Source: Roseiflexaceae bacterium
GTDB lineage: Bacteria; Chloroflexota; Chloroflexia; Chloroflexales; Roseiflexaceae
Reading direction: 5' to 3'
Assembly: GCA_049428765.1 (NCBI GenBank)
Contig: JBMTAN010000002.1
Coordinates: 589 to 64,588 of the forward strand
DNA length: 64,000 nucleotides
Under the pieces are notes generated by a model, which had not been told where the DNA came from, searched no databases, and saw nothing but the letters and a program-made list of their open reading frames with translations. A program made the position numbers and the translations under genes. Shown here in pieces: positions 1 to 10,586 of this stretch; position 1 is the stretch's first letter, and the number at the start of each line of letters is the position of its first letter.

Positions 1-1237
<1,237 letters not shown>

Positions 1238-1270
1238 GACAAGAAGTATAGACAAAGGATTATCACACAC

Positions 1271-2635
1271 ATGAAAACACTCATCACCAACGGTATTATC
1301 ATCGACCCCGATACACGGCAAACGGGCGTCGGGAGTGTGCTCATTGAGAACGGCACGGTAACCGCACGCTTTGACGGGCAACTCCCAGCTGATGCAAGCA
1401 TCCGCACCGCTCCCGGCACAACCGTGATTGACGCCAGCCACAAGCTTATCAGCCCGGGCCTGATAGATCTGCACGTCCATCTGCGCGAGCCCGGCGAAGA
1501 GCACAAAGAGACCATCGCCACCGGGACGCGCGCGGCGGCTGCCGGTGGCTTCACTGTGGTGGCCTGCATGCCCAACACGCGCCCTGCCATTGATAGTGTG
1601 GCCACTATTCAGCACATCGCCCAAGCTGCCGCGCGCGCCAACAATGCCGAGGTACTGCCGATTGCTGCCGCCACCGTTAGCCGTAATGGCAAAGAGTTAA
1701 GCCCAATGCGTGAGTTGGTAGAGGCCGGCGCCATCGGCTTCAGCGACGACGGCACACCGGTCAGCGATCCTGCCGTCATGCGCAATGTCTTTGAATACAT
1801 CAAAATGCTCGGCGTGCCCTACTTTGGTCACTGCGAAGATATGGTACTCAGCAAAGGCTGGGGCATGCACGAGGGTGCCGTGAGTAATCGGCTCGGACTA
1901 CCCGGATACCCTAGTGCCGCCGAAGAGGTCGGCATCGCCCGCGATATCGCCCTCGCCGAGTTGACCGACAGCCGTTTGCATGTCTGTCACGTCAGCACCG
2001 CTGGCGGCGTGGCCTTGATTCGGGCCGCCAAGGAACGCGGGGTCAAGGTCAGTGGCGAGGCCTGCCCCCACCACATCGTGCTGAGCGATCGCTGGGTACT
2101 CGGCTGGCTCGATGACCAAACCAATGCCGAGAATGAGCCCGGCATCTCGCTCAACTTAACCACTCGCCCACCATACGACACCAGCACGCGTGTCAGCCCG
2201 CCACTCCGCACCGAAGCAGACGCCGAGGCAGTGCTCCAAGGGTTACTCGACGGCACGCTCGACTTTGTGGCCACCGACCATGCACCACATAGCCGTGTCG
2301 ACAAAGAGGTCGAATACCGCCTCGCCATGGCCGGAATTACCGGTATCGAGACCGCATTGGCTAGCATGTTAATGCTCGTCAATCGTGGCCAAATGAGCCT
2401 GATTGACCTGATTGTCAAGATGACCGACGAACCTGCCAAGTTCCTCGGACGAGGCACAACTTCCTTGCGCGTTGGTGCCCGTGCCGACATCACCGTCATC
2501 GATCCACAAATGGTCTGGACCGTCGAAGCCGATAAGCTGTACTCTAAAGGCAAGAACACACCCCTCCTCGGCCAAAAAATGCGCGGCAAGGCCGTCTTGA
2601 CAATGTTCAAGGGCCATATCACCCACCAAGAGTAA
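1271..2635 (+). CDS. pyrC: dihydroorotase (long, amidohydrolase type)
   Basis: 454 aa with metal-ligand motifs DLHVHLREPG and ATDHAPH. It follows pyrB. Confidence 0.9.
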   Translation: MKTLITNGIIIDPDTRQTGVGSVLIENGTVTARFDGQLPADASIRTAPGTTVIDASHKLISPGLIDLHVHLREPGEEHKETIATGTRAAAAGGFTVVACMPNTRPAIDSVATIQHIAQAAARANNAEVLPIAAATVSRNGKELSPMRELVEAGAIGFSDDGTPVSDPAVMRNVFEYIKMLGVPYFGHCEDMVLSKGWGMHEGAVSNRLGLPGYPSAAEEVGIARDIALAELTDSRLHVCHVSTAGGVALIRAAKERGVKVSGEACPHHIVLSDRWVLGWLDDQTNAENEPGISLNLTTRPPYDTSTRVSPPLRTEADAEAVLQGLLDGTLDFVATDHAPHSRVDKEVEYRLAMAGITGIETALASMLMLVNRGQMSLIDLIVKMTDEPAKFLGRGTTSLRVGARADITVIDPQMVWTVEADKLYSKGKNTPLLGQKMRGKAVLTMFKGHITHQE

Positions 2636-2645
2636 ATAACACACC

Positions 2646-2676
2646 ATGGGGCAGGACTGATACAGTTCTGCCCCAT
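2646..2676 (+). terminator. hairpin after pyrC (ATGGGGCAG-N13-CTGCCCCAT)
   Basis: 9-bp inverted repeat 10 nt after the pyrC stop. The downstream T-tract is weak. Confidence 0.35.
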
Positions 2677-2697
2677 TCTGGTAATGAGAGATCACTA

Positions 2698-3348
2698 ATG
2701 ATTCAACGATATATGTGGACAAGTTATATCACGCCAATGGCTGCCATCGCACTAAGTCAACAGTTAAACATCCGTCATGCGTTGATTCGTGAGCGCATGC
2801 AGTCCCATGGCGTCAGTACCGCTGCACTCTTTCAACATCAGCAACAACTCTACGGCTACCTCGAGACCAATCAATCACTCGATACCCACGACCTCTGGTT
2901 CCCACTCGTCGGCGATTTGGTCCAACTCGTACCGACCACGCGCGGGACGCGCATTACCATCGATTTGCCCGATATCTACCACGACGGACATCCGAACGAG
3001 GGCACCCTGTGGCGTGCATCAGGGTACACACCGACCAAACAAATCGGATCACTCGCCCGGCTCAAACCTAAGATGTACTGCAGTTATGTCTATTACCATT
3101 ATCTACGCCAAGAGGAACAACCGCACGGGTTCAACAAGTACTACATCATCGGCGCCCACGAACATACCATCTTCTCATACCAAGAATGGCCAGCGACCGT
3201 TGACGACCCCAAACCACTCGGCACGATGCAGAGCAATCTCACGCCGACCAACTGGCAAGAGCTGATGCACGAACACTTCGAGTTATGGCCTAACCAGCCA
3301 GCCGAATCTCAGGAGTGGATTCGTCTGACCAAAGTATGGGGCATGTAA
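2698..3348 (+). CDS. hypothetical protein, 216 aa
   Basis: Long ORF with coding-like composition and no recognisable motif. The C-terminal half loosely recalls small alpha+beta-barrel sugar mutarotase-like proteins, which is a weak impression only. Confidence 0.6.
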   Translation: MIQRYMWTSYITPMAAIALSQQLNIRHALIRERMQSHGVSTAALFQHQQQLYGYLETNQSLDTHDLWFPLVGDLVQLVPTTRGTRITIDLPDIYHDGHPNEGTLWRASGYTPTKQIGSLARLKPKMYCSYVYYHYLRQEEQPHGFNKYYIIGAHEHTIFSYQEWPATVDDPKPLGTMQSNLTPTNWQELMHEHFELWPNQPAESQEWIRLTKVWGM

Positions 3349-3349
3349 A

Positions 3350-4528
3350 CTAGCGATCACCTCTTTGCATGGCAGTCACAGTAGGCGTAAGTGTCACGAT
3401 AATTGCTCGTCGTCGTGTTGCTGTTCTTGTTCGTGTTGCTGTTCTCGTTATTGTACGTGAAATTGCCGTCCGCGTCCGTGCTGCCACTGCTGTAGCAGTC
3501 TTCTGACCATTTGTTAATGTACGTGTAGCTGTCACTAGCGGGGTGAATGTGGCAGTTGGAGTTGACGTATCACTTGGGGTAACGGTTGATGTGGCGCTCG
3601 ACGTTACAGTAGGGGTAAATGTCGGCGTATTACTTGGCGTCGCAGTCGCAGTTGGCGTCGATGTCCATGTCGGCGTATTACTTGGTGTCGATGTCCATGT
3701 CGGCGTATTACTTGGCGTCGCAGTCGCAGTTGGCGTCGATGTCCATGTCCAGGTCGGTGTGTTGCTCGGCGTGAATGTTGAAGTTGCAGTCACTGTACTC
3801 GTCGACAAATTCCCTTGCCACAAGCGCAACGCCTCACTACTGGTCAAAGCCCGATCATACATACGCACAAGTGGCACGCCTCCAGTAATTCCACGACCAG
3901 AGACACTGCTATTACCAATCCACGTATTGTTTGTTGGGATGAGTGGAAGCCCATAATATGATGAGTGCTGTAGCACACCATTGACATATACAACCACTTG
4001 CGCATTACTATCTATCGTCACAACCACGTGATATGGAGTACCTATACTGACTAAAAAACCCGTATCGATCGGGGCATGCCCCATATATTGCACCTGAATT
4101 GTCATACTGCCACCGTTTGATTTCACTACGATGCCATACCCATTCCCAGCTGATTCATTCCCGTTATACAACACAGTCTGTGTGTCATTCATATTGTCGA
4201 AAATATAAAATACTGCCTCCATACTGACATCATACTGTGCAGATGTCACTAATGGAGCCAGACCATATCCATCATACTCAAAATACATATCACCATATTC
4301 GCCACTAAATCCACTAGTATACCAACTGAAGTAGTCTTGATACCATGTCCCATTCAGTTGCACATGTTTATTCGCACCCGAAAGGTCGTTCCACATGTTC
4401 CCTCCGATATATGAGGAGCTATTATTTGCCTGCACCCAAAAAATCGGGCCACCCGTCGCCTGTAATTGATATGGCAAAAGCCCAAATATCATCAATGCTA
4501 CCATCATCACACCAACGAAGTGCCTCAT
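3350..4528 (-). CDS. secreted protein: signal peptide, LamG/concanavalin-like lectin-type domain, Pro/Thr repeat linker, Arg/Thr-rich tail
   Basis: N-terminal hydrophobic signal [30 protein letters not shown] lies 7 nt upstream of the ATG. The beta-rich middle carries [12 protein letters not shown] repeats. The sequence is visibly AT-richer than its neighbours. Confidence 0.7.
   Translation of the reverse strand: MRHFVGVMMVALMIFGLLPYQLQATGGPIFWVQANNSSSYIGGNMWNDLSGANKHVQLNGTWYQDYFSWYTSGFSGEYGDMYFEYDGYGLAPLVTSAQYDVSMEAVFYIFDNMNDTQTVLYNGNESAGNGYGIVVKSNGGSMTIQVQYMGHAPIDTGFLVSIGTPYHVVVTIDSNAQVVVYVNGVLQHSSYYGLPLIPTNNTWIGNSSVSGRGITGGVPLVRMYDRALTSSEALRLWQGNLSTSTVTATSTFTPSNTPTWTWTSTPTATATPSNTPTWTSTPSNTPTWTSTPTATATPSNTPTFTPTVTSSATSTVTPSDTSTPTATFTPLVTATRTLTNGQKTATAVAARTRTAISRTITRTATRTRTATRRRAIIVTLTPTVTAMQRGDR
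3621..3746. repeat. in-frame tandem repeat inside the LamG-like gene (48 nt, 30 nt, 48 nt)
   Basis: 3621-3668 and 3699-3746 are identical 48-mers. 3669-3698 is the same unit with an 18-nt deletion. Together they encode the PT-rich linker. Confidence 0.85.
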
Positions 4529-4616
4529 AGCACTGCTCCTTACACCATCTATTTATGTATGTTAAAAATGCAAACCAATTGGACACTATTCATTCCATTT
4601 CATAAATAAAACTCAC

Positions 4617-4644
4617 CACTTTTCACTTTTCACTTTTCACTTCA
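4617..4644. repeat. heptamer tandem repeat CACTTTT x3.5 in a divergent promoter region
   Basis: Read directly: cacttttcacttttcacttttcacttca, between the divergent genes at 4528 and 4686. Confidence 0.8.
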
Positions 4645-4685
4645 TATATAATTAACCCAATCCACCAAACCACCCCGGAGCAACC

Positions 4686-6587
4686 ATGCGCTACCCGACC
4701 AACCATATTCATGCCCCCATGACAATCCCAACCTGGGCCATCCAAGAACGCCAGCTGATTGACACTCTCAACCACGCCGCCCGCGAATACATTGACCGCT
4801 ATGTGCGGCCTGATGGCACTCTGATTTGGCGTGACGAATGGCCCGGAATGGACGGCAGCGACGATCCATACGAGGGGTTCATGCAACTCGCCTTGTTGTA
4901 CGTCCTCGGCGGCGACGACTGGCTCTACAACGAAGCCCGGCGCATCTGGGATGGCATCACCTGGCAGTGGACCGAGTACGGTCAAATTGACCGTGAGTTC
5001 ACCAAGTACTACGATTGGATGCATCACGGCGAAGGCTATTTGTACATCTACTTCCTCGGCCTTGCCAACCCAACCCAGCGCAAAGACCGCCAGCGAGCCC
5101 AACGCTTTGCCAACATGTATACCGGCAACGACCCACTCGCCCCCAACTATGACCCACAGCACAAACTCATTCGTGCACCGCTCACTGGCAGTCACGGCCC
5201 ACGCCATCAGGTAACCACCGAAGACTGGCAGACGCATCGGGTTGTGCTTGACCACTATTTGGCCCCCTACGAAGACATCATCAACACCGATTTTGCGCGT
5301 CGCAAATGTCACTGGAGTGACGACACCATCTATGCCGACATCATCGCCAAGATGAATCTGCGCATGAACAAAGGTGATGTACCACTTAACCTCAATGCCA
5401 CTGGTCTGATTACCCACGCATTCCTGTATAGCCAATCGGCTGACTTGCGTCAGTGGATATACGATTACATCAACGCTTGGCAAGCCCGTGCCCAACGCAA
5501 CGGAGGCATCATTCCCGATAACGTCGGTCTGAACGACATCATCGGCGAACATCTTGATGGCAAATGGTGGGGCGGCTATTACGGCTGGCGCTGGCCTCAC
5601 GGCTTTATGACAATCATTGAGCCCATCACCAACGCCTGCATGAACGCCTTGCTCATTAGTGGAGACCCTCGCTGGCTCACACTTGCCCGCCAACAGCTTG
5701 ACGCCAACTGGGCGCTGGGTCGTGAGATTGACGGCCAATATCAGGTGCCATACCGCCACTTCGATAATGGTTGGGGTGATTATCGCCCAGCGCTCCACAA
5801 GTACCCTATCTACCTCTGGTATGCTTCATTAGCCGACGAGGACCTAGATCGTGTGATGCGCATCCCGCGCCACGAAGACTGGAGCGCCATCCACATCGGC
5901 AGTGGCAAGCACTATATCAGCAATACCCTGCCATGGTTCGAGTATGTACATGGGCGCAATCCTGACTACCCCGAGCGCATCCTCGCTGCCAACCTGACCC
6001 TCGTCGCCAATCAACTCACCAAAATGCGATCGCCGATTGCTGATCCTGCCAACTGGGATGACATCAGCGGGCTCGATCAACGCCATATCAACATCAACAT
6101 GCACGTCGATCCGATACACGCCTGGCAAGAATTCACACCGGTGTGTGTCGAGGGACTTCTGCAACTCACGCTCGGTGCGCCGATGCATATCAGCCACGGT
6201 GGCCTGCAGTTCGGTCAAGTGCGCTACTACGATGGCCAACGCCGTCGCCCCGGTTTGCCTGCGGGGGTGGCCACGCTCGTCTCGCAGTTTGACCAATACA
6301 CCATGACAGTGACGGTCGTTAACACGCACGCCAATCAGACCCAAGAATTGGTCATCCAAGCTGGAACATTCGGCGAACATCGCTTTGATCGCGTGCGCAT
6401 CTGCGACCAACTCGGCCGCACGCTCATCACCCAAGAGGTCAATGGCCCATGGTATGGACTGCACATCGCCCCCATGGCCGGAGCAGTACTCCACTTTGAT
6501 GTTGAGCGGTACGTCAATCCTCCGTCATATGCCACGCCGTGGCAAACCCCTAACGACGGCGATAGTGTGATTCGTGGGAGAGAGTAG
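4686..6587 (+). CDS. large cytoplasmic protein of unknown function (633 aa)
   Basis: Uninterrupted ORF with GGAG upstream and no signal peptide. It is translationally abutted to the next gene (stop 6585-6587, ATG 6588). Neighbours are sugar-related. Confidence 0.75.
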   Translation: MRYPTNHIHAPMTIPTWAIQERQLIDTLNHAAREYIDRYVRPDGTLIWRDEWPGMDGSDDPYEGFMQLALLYVLGGDDWLYNEARRIWDGITWQWTEYGQIDREFTKYYDWMHHGEGYLYIYFLGLANPTQRKDRQRAQRFANMYTGNDPLAPNYDPQHKLIRAPLTGSHGPRHQVTTEDWQTHRVVLDHYLAPYEDIINTDFARRKCHWSDDTIYADIIAKMNLRMNKGDVPLNLNATGLITHAFLYSQSADLRQWIYDYINAWQARAQRNGGIIPDNVGLNDIIGEHLDGKWWGGYYGWRWPHGFMTIIEPITNACMNALLISGDPRWLTLARQQLDANWALGREIDGQYQVPYRHFDNGWGDYRPALHKYPIYLWYASLADEDLDRVMRIPRHEDWSAIHIGSGKHYISNTLPWFEYVHGRNPDYPERILAANLTLVANQLTKMRSPIADPANWDDISGLDQRHININMHVDPIHAWQEFTPVCVEGLLQLTLGAPMHISHGGLQFGQVRYYDGQRRRPGLPAGVATLVSQFDQYTMTVTVVNTHANQTQELVIQAGTFGEHRFDRVRICDQLGRTLITQEVNGPWYGLHIAPMAGAVLHFDVERYVNPPSYATPWQTPNDGDSVIRGRE

Positions 6588-7493
6588 ATGCAATACACAC
6601 GACTCGGGCGCACCAACTGGCAGGTTTCACGCTTGGGGCTTGGCGGTGCTGCCATTGGCGACGAGTTCGGCCAGATTAGCCAGGCCGATGCCATACGCAC
6701 CATTCATCACGCCATAGACTGTGGCATCAACTTTTTGGATACTGCCGCCCAATATGGCCGTGGCGAAAGTGAGCGGCGCTTTGGCGTGGCACTCAAAGAC
6801 AAACGCCATCGCGTTTATCTCGCCACCAAGGCGGTGATGCGTGGCACGCCCTACGACTACACTACCACCATGGCCAGCGTCGAGGAGAGTCTGCGCCGAC
6901 TGAACACTGACTACATCGATTTGATTCAACTCCACGAGGCCGAGACGACCACCTTTGAGGTGGCCATCGAGGGATGTATTGCAGCTTTTCTGGATCTCAA
7001 ACAGGCCGGCAAAGTGCGTGCAATCGGTGTCAACGCCCGCAATCTGGCCATTCTGGAGCCCTATATCAAAACAGGGCACATCGATACCGTGTTAGCCTAT
7101 TGTCGCTACATGCTCATCGACATCACCATGCACGACGAGCTCTTTCCGCTGACCCGCACCTACGACATCGGCGTCATCAACGGTAGCCCGCTCGGCATGG
7201 GAGTCATGACCGATACGCCAGCACCGTTTTTGCGCGATCAACACGCCTTACTCGCCGAGGCCGAACGCCGCAAAGCCTTGATTCCTCACCTCAAAAAGCC
7301 AGGGCCACATGGCTTTATTGAAGCCACAATGCGCTATAGCCTGACCAACGACGATATCGCCGTTACGCTGACCGGAGCGCCATTTATGAATCAACTTAAC
7401 CAACATATTGCATGGTGTGATGGTGTTGGCCCAACAAACGCCGAACGCGCTACATTACATCGCCAATTTGCCGGCCAACGCTTGTTTGACTAA
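6588..7493 (+). CDS. aldo/keto reductase family oxidoreductase
   Basis: 301 aa. The N-terminus MQYTRLGRTNWQVSRLGLGGAAIG and the DTAAQYGRGESE motif are typical of the AKR family. Confidence 0.9.
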   Translation: MQYTRLGRTNWQVSRLGLGGAAIGDEFGQISQADAIRTIHHAIDCGINFLDTAAQYGRGESERRFGVALKDKRHRVYLATKAVMRGTPYDYTTTMASVEESLRRLNTDYIDLIQLHEAETTTFEVAIEGCIAAFLDLKQAGKVRAIGVNARNLAILEPYIKTGHIDTVLAYCRYMLIDITMHDELFPLTRTYDIGVINGSPLGMGVMTDTPAPFLRDQHALLAEAERRKALIPHLKKPGPHGFIEATMRYSLTNDDIAVTLTGAPFMNQLNQHIAWCDGVGPTNAERATLHRQFAGQRLFD

Positions 7494-8791
7494 GCCTGCC
7501 GCCCAGGCGCCTGCCACTCAAACCCAGCTGGCAATGAATCAATCACCAAAACCCAGTCGGGGCCACCAAACGGCGTGACAATCTCAATTGGCAACGCAGT
7601 GGTTCGTTCATCCAACCATTGCGCATGCCCCGTACGTGGATTAAACCACCACATCCGATAGGTTGGACCCAGCAGGCTCGATACATCAACGGTCACCGTC
7701 TGATTCGCCGGTAAATACACCATGGCGTAGCTACCAGCACTATCGCGACAGGCCTGAATATGGTGGGAGCCATCCCCTTGGCCGGCAAGAATTAATGACT
7801 GATCAGGAATCCGTCGAAAGTATGGGCGCGATAATAGCAAGTGCTTTGCATGTTGCACCTGACTCGCCCCAGGCAACTGTAGGGCCTCTTGCCACGGGCG
7901 TCGTGCCCAGGTCAATGGCTTATGACCAATGCTCCAAAATTGCCAAATCGGATGACATCCATAAGTGTGCCCGTGCGCACCCGCAAACAACGCCCAATAA
8001 CAGGCCTTGCGTACATCATAATCATCCAAGTAGCCGTGCTCAATCGCAAATCCGGCTGGGTGATCTTCGTAACCAGGCTCGCCATCCATGCATGGCTTGG
8101 TAGGTGTCAGCGCATAGTCTGCGTCAATGCTTCGCCAATTATCGCGATTACGCGCATGACCGCTTTGGAGCATATGAAAATCAATCCAATCAGCCTGTCC
8201 AAAGTACTGGCTCGAATGTTGCTGCCCCTGCGGATGGAATGTGCGTAAATGACGCCCTTCGTCACCCGCATGTAATCCGGCCGCCATTGCCTCAATAATC
8301 GCATATTGGGTGGCGTTCTCGATTGCACGATCACCGCCGAGTACCCAAATCACAGCTGACTCACGATAACGCTGTCCCAACCAGTGGCCATAGTGGTATG
8401 CGTTTTCAGGAGTAAAAATCTCAGGGCCTTCGCCCCATTTTTTGTTCCACTTGTCCCCCCATGTCGGTAACAACGCCATTACAAGTCCAAGCTGATTTGC
8501 TTTTTGGACAACTGCATCGACATGCGCAAAGTAACGCTCATTTGGAGCCAATTCAGATATGTTGTCGAACGGCAGATCTCCTTGTGCATTTGGGACACGT
8601 AATCCATCGAGTTCCGCCAAAACAACCGCCTGAATAACCGTAAAGCCCTTAGTCAGACGATCAGCAAGATAATAACTTGCTTGGTCATACGTCAAACGAT
8701 GGAATAACTCCCAGGCTGTGTCGGCCAAATAAAAAAACGGCTCCCCATCAGACTGCCGTAAATATCGTTGATTTGCACTGACTTGTATCAT
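7490..8791 (-). CDS. DUF4038 / glycoside hydrolase family 140-like protein
   Basis: 433 aa. The N-terminus RYLRQSDGEPFFYLADTAWELF and the TIM-barrel-like pattern match my recollection of the DUF4038 (GH140 apiosidase-like) family. There is no signal peptide. Confidence 0.7.
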   Translation of the reverse strand: MIQVSANQRYLRQSDGEPFFYLADTAWELFHRLTYDQASYYLADRLTKGFTVIQAVVLAELDGLRVPNAQGDLPFDNISELAPNERYFAHVDAVVQKANQLGLVMALLPTWGDKWNKKWGEGPEIFTPENAYHYGHWLGQRYRESAVIWVLGGDRAIENATQYAIIEAMAAGLHAGDEGRHLRTFHPQGQQHSSQYFGQADWIDFHMLQSGHARNRDNWRSIDADYALTPTKPCMDGEPGYEDHPAGFAIEHGYLDDYDVRKACYWALFAGAHGHTYGCHPIWQFWSIGHKPLTWARRPWQEALQLPGASQVQHAKHLLLSRPYFRRIPDQSLILAGQGDGSHHIQACRDSAGSYAMVYLPANQTVTVDVSSLLGPTYRMWWFNPRTGHAQWLDERTTALPIEIVTPFGGPDWVLVIDSLPAGFEWQAPGRQA

Positions 8792-8852
8792 CTCGCATCA
8801 CCCCTCAGCGATACGCCAAAACCATTTTTGTGTTGATGTGCCCTACGCCATA

Positions 8853-9479
8853 TTACTCATCTGCAATCCGCCGGAACCATTGATGCATCCAGGCTGGTGC
8901 ACTCTCAATATCACGTAACAGAGCTTTACGGCTCACTGACGATAATTGCTGACGTAATATACTCACATGATCGTCATTCACCAGCGCATCACCAAGATAA
9001 CGCAATGCCTGAATCAAAATACCGCTCGTGCGCCCTGCACACTGTAAATAGCGTGGGGCGGCTGGACGTATTCGTATGACAACATCGGCAAGTTGAATAA
9101 CACGGGTCGTATCTGCGCTTAATAATACCACCTCGGCCGGAGGTGTTGGCACAAGACCAAGCAGGTAGCACGCATATGCTCCACTTGGTACGAGTGGTAC
9201 TATCTGGTCATCGTTGAGCGCATCAATTATTGATGCCAGTTTCACTGGCACCTCACCAACGACGGGTAATTGCTGCGGGAACACATAAAGACCGTGTGCA
9301 ATACGACGGATGACGCCCTTTTTGGCGAGTCGACCGAGTGCCTGATCAAGTGTGTTACGTGGTGCAAGACCACGTAGTCGCCCAGCATGCCAAACACTCC
9401 CCCGACCTGCCCGGCGCATACGTGCCAAAATCTGTTGTTCAACTGGTGTTGCATCAGCTGATGACGACAAAGGAGGCAT
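8853..9479 (-). CDS. AbiEi-antitoxin-like / DUF6088-like winged-helix protein
   Basis: 208 aa. The N-terminal pattern LDQALGRLAKKGVIRRIAHGLYVFPQ resembles AbiEi_4/DUF6088 N-terminal domains. No AbiEii-type nucleotidyltransferase gene is adjacent. Confidence 0.5.
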   Translation of the reverse strand: MPPLSSSADATPVEQQILARMRRAGRGSVWHAGRLRGLAPRNTLDQALGRLAKKGVIRRIAHGLYVFPQQLPVVGEVPVKLASIIDALNDDQIVPLVPSGAYACYLLGLVPTPPAEVVLLSADTTRVIQLADVVIRIRPAAPRYLQCAGRTSGILIQALRYLGDALVNDDHVSILRQQLSSVSRKALLRDIESAPAWMHQWFRRIADE

Positions 9480-9670
9480 GGAGATACACCAACATACGAG
9501 TGAGTCACCTCAAATATAGCATATCTGATCTGGCGAATACCCTCCCATCAATTCTATCTTTGTTCTACAAAGGTTATACATTCACAACAGAAATATTACG
9601 TAACCGTAAGTGGGTTTCTCGATAACCCGTGCTAGGATAGTCTTATTCCCCTTTACTAGAGAGGTCTATC

Positions 9671-9991
9671 ATGCAACGCGTCTGTTTTTTGCTCAAAGTC
9701 AAAGCTGACCGATTATCGGAATATACCCAACGGCACCAAGAGGTGTGGCCCGACATGCTCGAGGCATTGTCACGCCATGGCTGGCACAATTATTCGCTCT
9801 TTTTACGTGATGACGGGCTACTCGTCGGCTATCTCGAGACACCAGATTTTGCTCGGGCTGTAGCAGGCATGCAATCCGAAGAGGTCAATGCCCGCTGGCA
9901 AGCTGAGATGGCGCCGTTTTTTGAGGCACTCGACAGTGGCGCCGCCGATACCTCGCTCCTGACCCTGACCGAGGTTTTCCACCTAGCGTAA
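9671..9991 (+). CDS. rhaM: L-rhamnose mutarotase
   Basis: 106 aa. The profile is RhaM-like: KVKADRLSEYTQRHQEVWPDMLEAL...HNYSLFL...RWQAEMAPFF. Confidence 0.85.
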   Translation: MQRVCFLLKVKADRLSEYTQRHQEVWPDMLEALSRHGWHNYSLFLRDDGLLVGYLETPDFARAVAGMQSEEVNARWQAEMAPFFEALDSGAADTSLLTLTEVFHLA

Positions 9992-10489
9992 CTAGCCCTC
10001 GCACTGTTGCTGAAATTCAGCGTCACTCAGCGATAATATACGGAACATATCAAGGAACCCTACCAGCGCCGGGTAGCCACTCCAGCACAAAATGACACAT
10101 ATCGTACCTAGCACACGCCGCCCCATATAAAAATACTGTGCACCAATAATCCCGCCAAAAAACGCCAACAGCGCTGCCACACTGCGGCGCCGTGGTGCGG
10201 CTGTAGGGCGCACATCGCCAAACATCGCACCACATCCCGCACAACGTACGGTAAACAACGAGTTCGCCGTGCCACACTGTGGACACGTCTGCGACGTGTA
10301 TCGTTGCACTCCTGATGAGACCGAGGCAACGAGTGGAGTGAGTGCTGATGCTGTCGATGTGGCGTTGGTAGTCGGTGCGTTTCGCGGCGTGCCACACTGC
10401 GGGCATTTGGCATCATATGTTGATCCCATACCACCGCACTGTGGGCATGTCCAATAGGCAGAACCTGATTGATTACTCATGATTTCCAA
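9992..10489 (-). CDS. double zinc-ribbon + TM2 domain membrane protein
   Basis: Two CPQCG...C..CG ribbons precede a TM2-like hydrophobic hairpin (AALLAFFGGIIGAQYFYMGRR). The start is either TTG at 10489 or ATG at 10480. Confidence 0.7.
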   Translation of the reverse strand: MEIMSNQSGSAYWTCPQCGGMGSTYDAKCPQCGTPRNAPTTNATSTASALTPLVASVSSGVQRYTSQTCPQCGTANSLFTVRCAGCGAMFGDVRPTAAPRRRSVAALLAFFGGIIGAQYFYMGRRVLGTICVILCWSGYPALVGFLDMFRILSLSDAEFQQQCEG

Positions 10490-10499
10490 CTTTCAAATT

Positions 10500-10546
10500 C
10501 ATGGCACATGCCATTTTTCAAATTTTATTTTACTGCATGTGCCATG
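10500..10546 (-). terminator. 12-bp inverted repeat CATGGCACATGC-N23-GCATGTGCCATG downstream of lysA
   Basis: Perfect 12-bp arms with an AT-rich 23-nt loop, 40 nt after the lysA stop. It could instead be an operator for the TM2 gene. Confidence 0.4.
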
Positions 10547-10586
10547 ATATGTCTATAATACGTTGTACTGTCACAAAATGTTGCAA

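Noticed and set aside
2789-3265. 158-aa ORF overlapping the 216-aa gene in another frame
   Set aside because: It is fully embedded in the longer ORF, is Ser/Thr/Pro/Arg-rich and low-complexity, and has no SD.
4623-5798. 391-aa ORF on the minus strand
   Set aside because: It is entirely antisense to the better-supported 633-aa gene. It is Val/Gly/Ala-rich, as antisense frames in GC-rich DNA typically are, and has no SD or motif.
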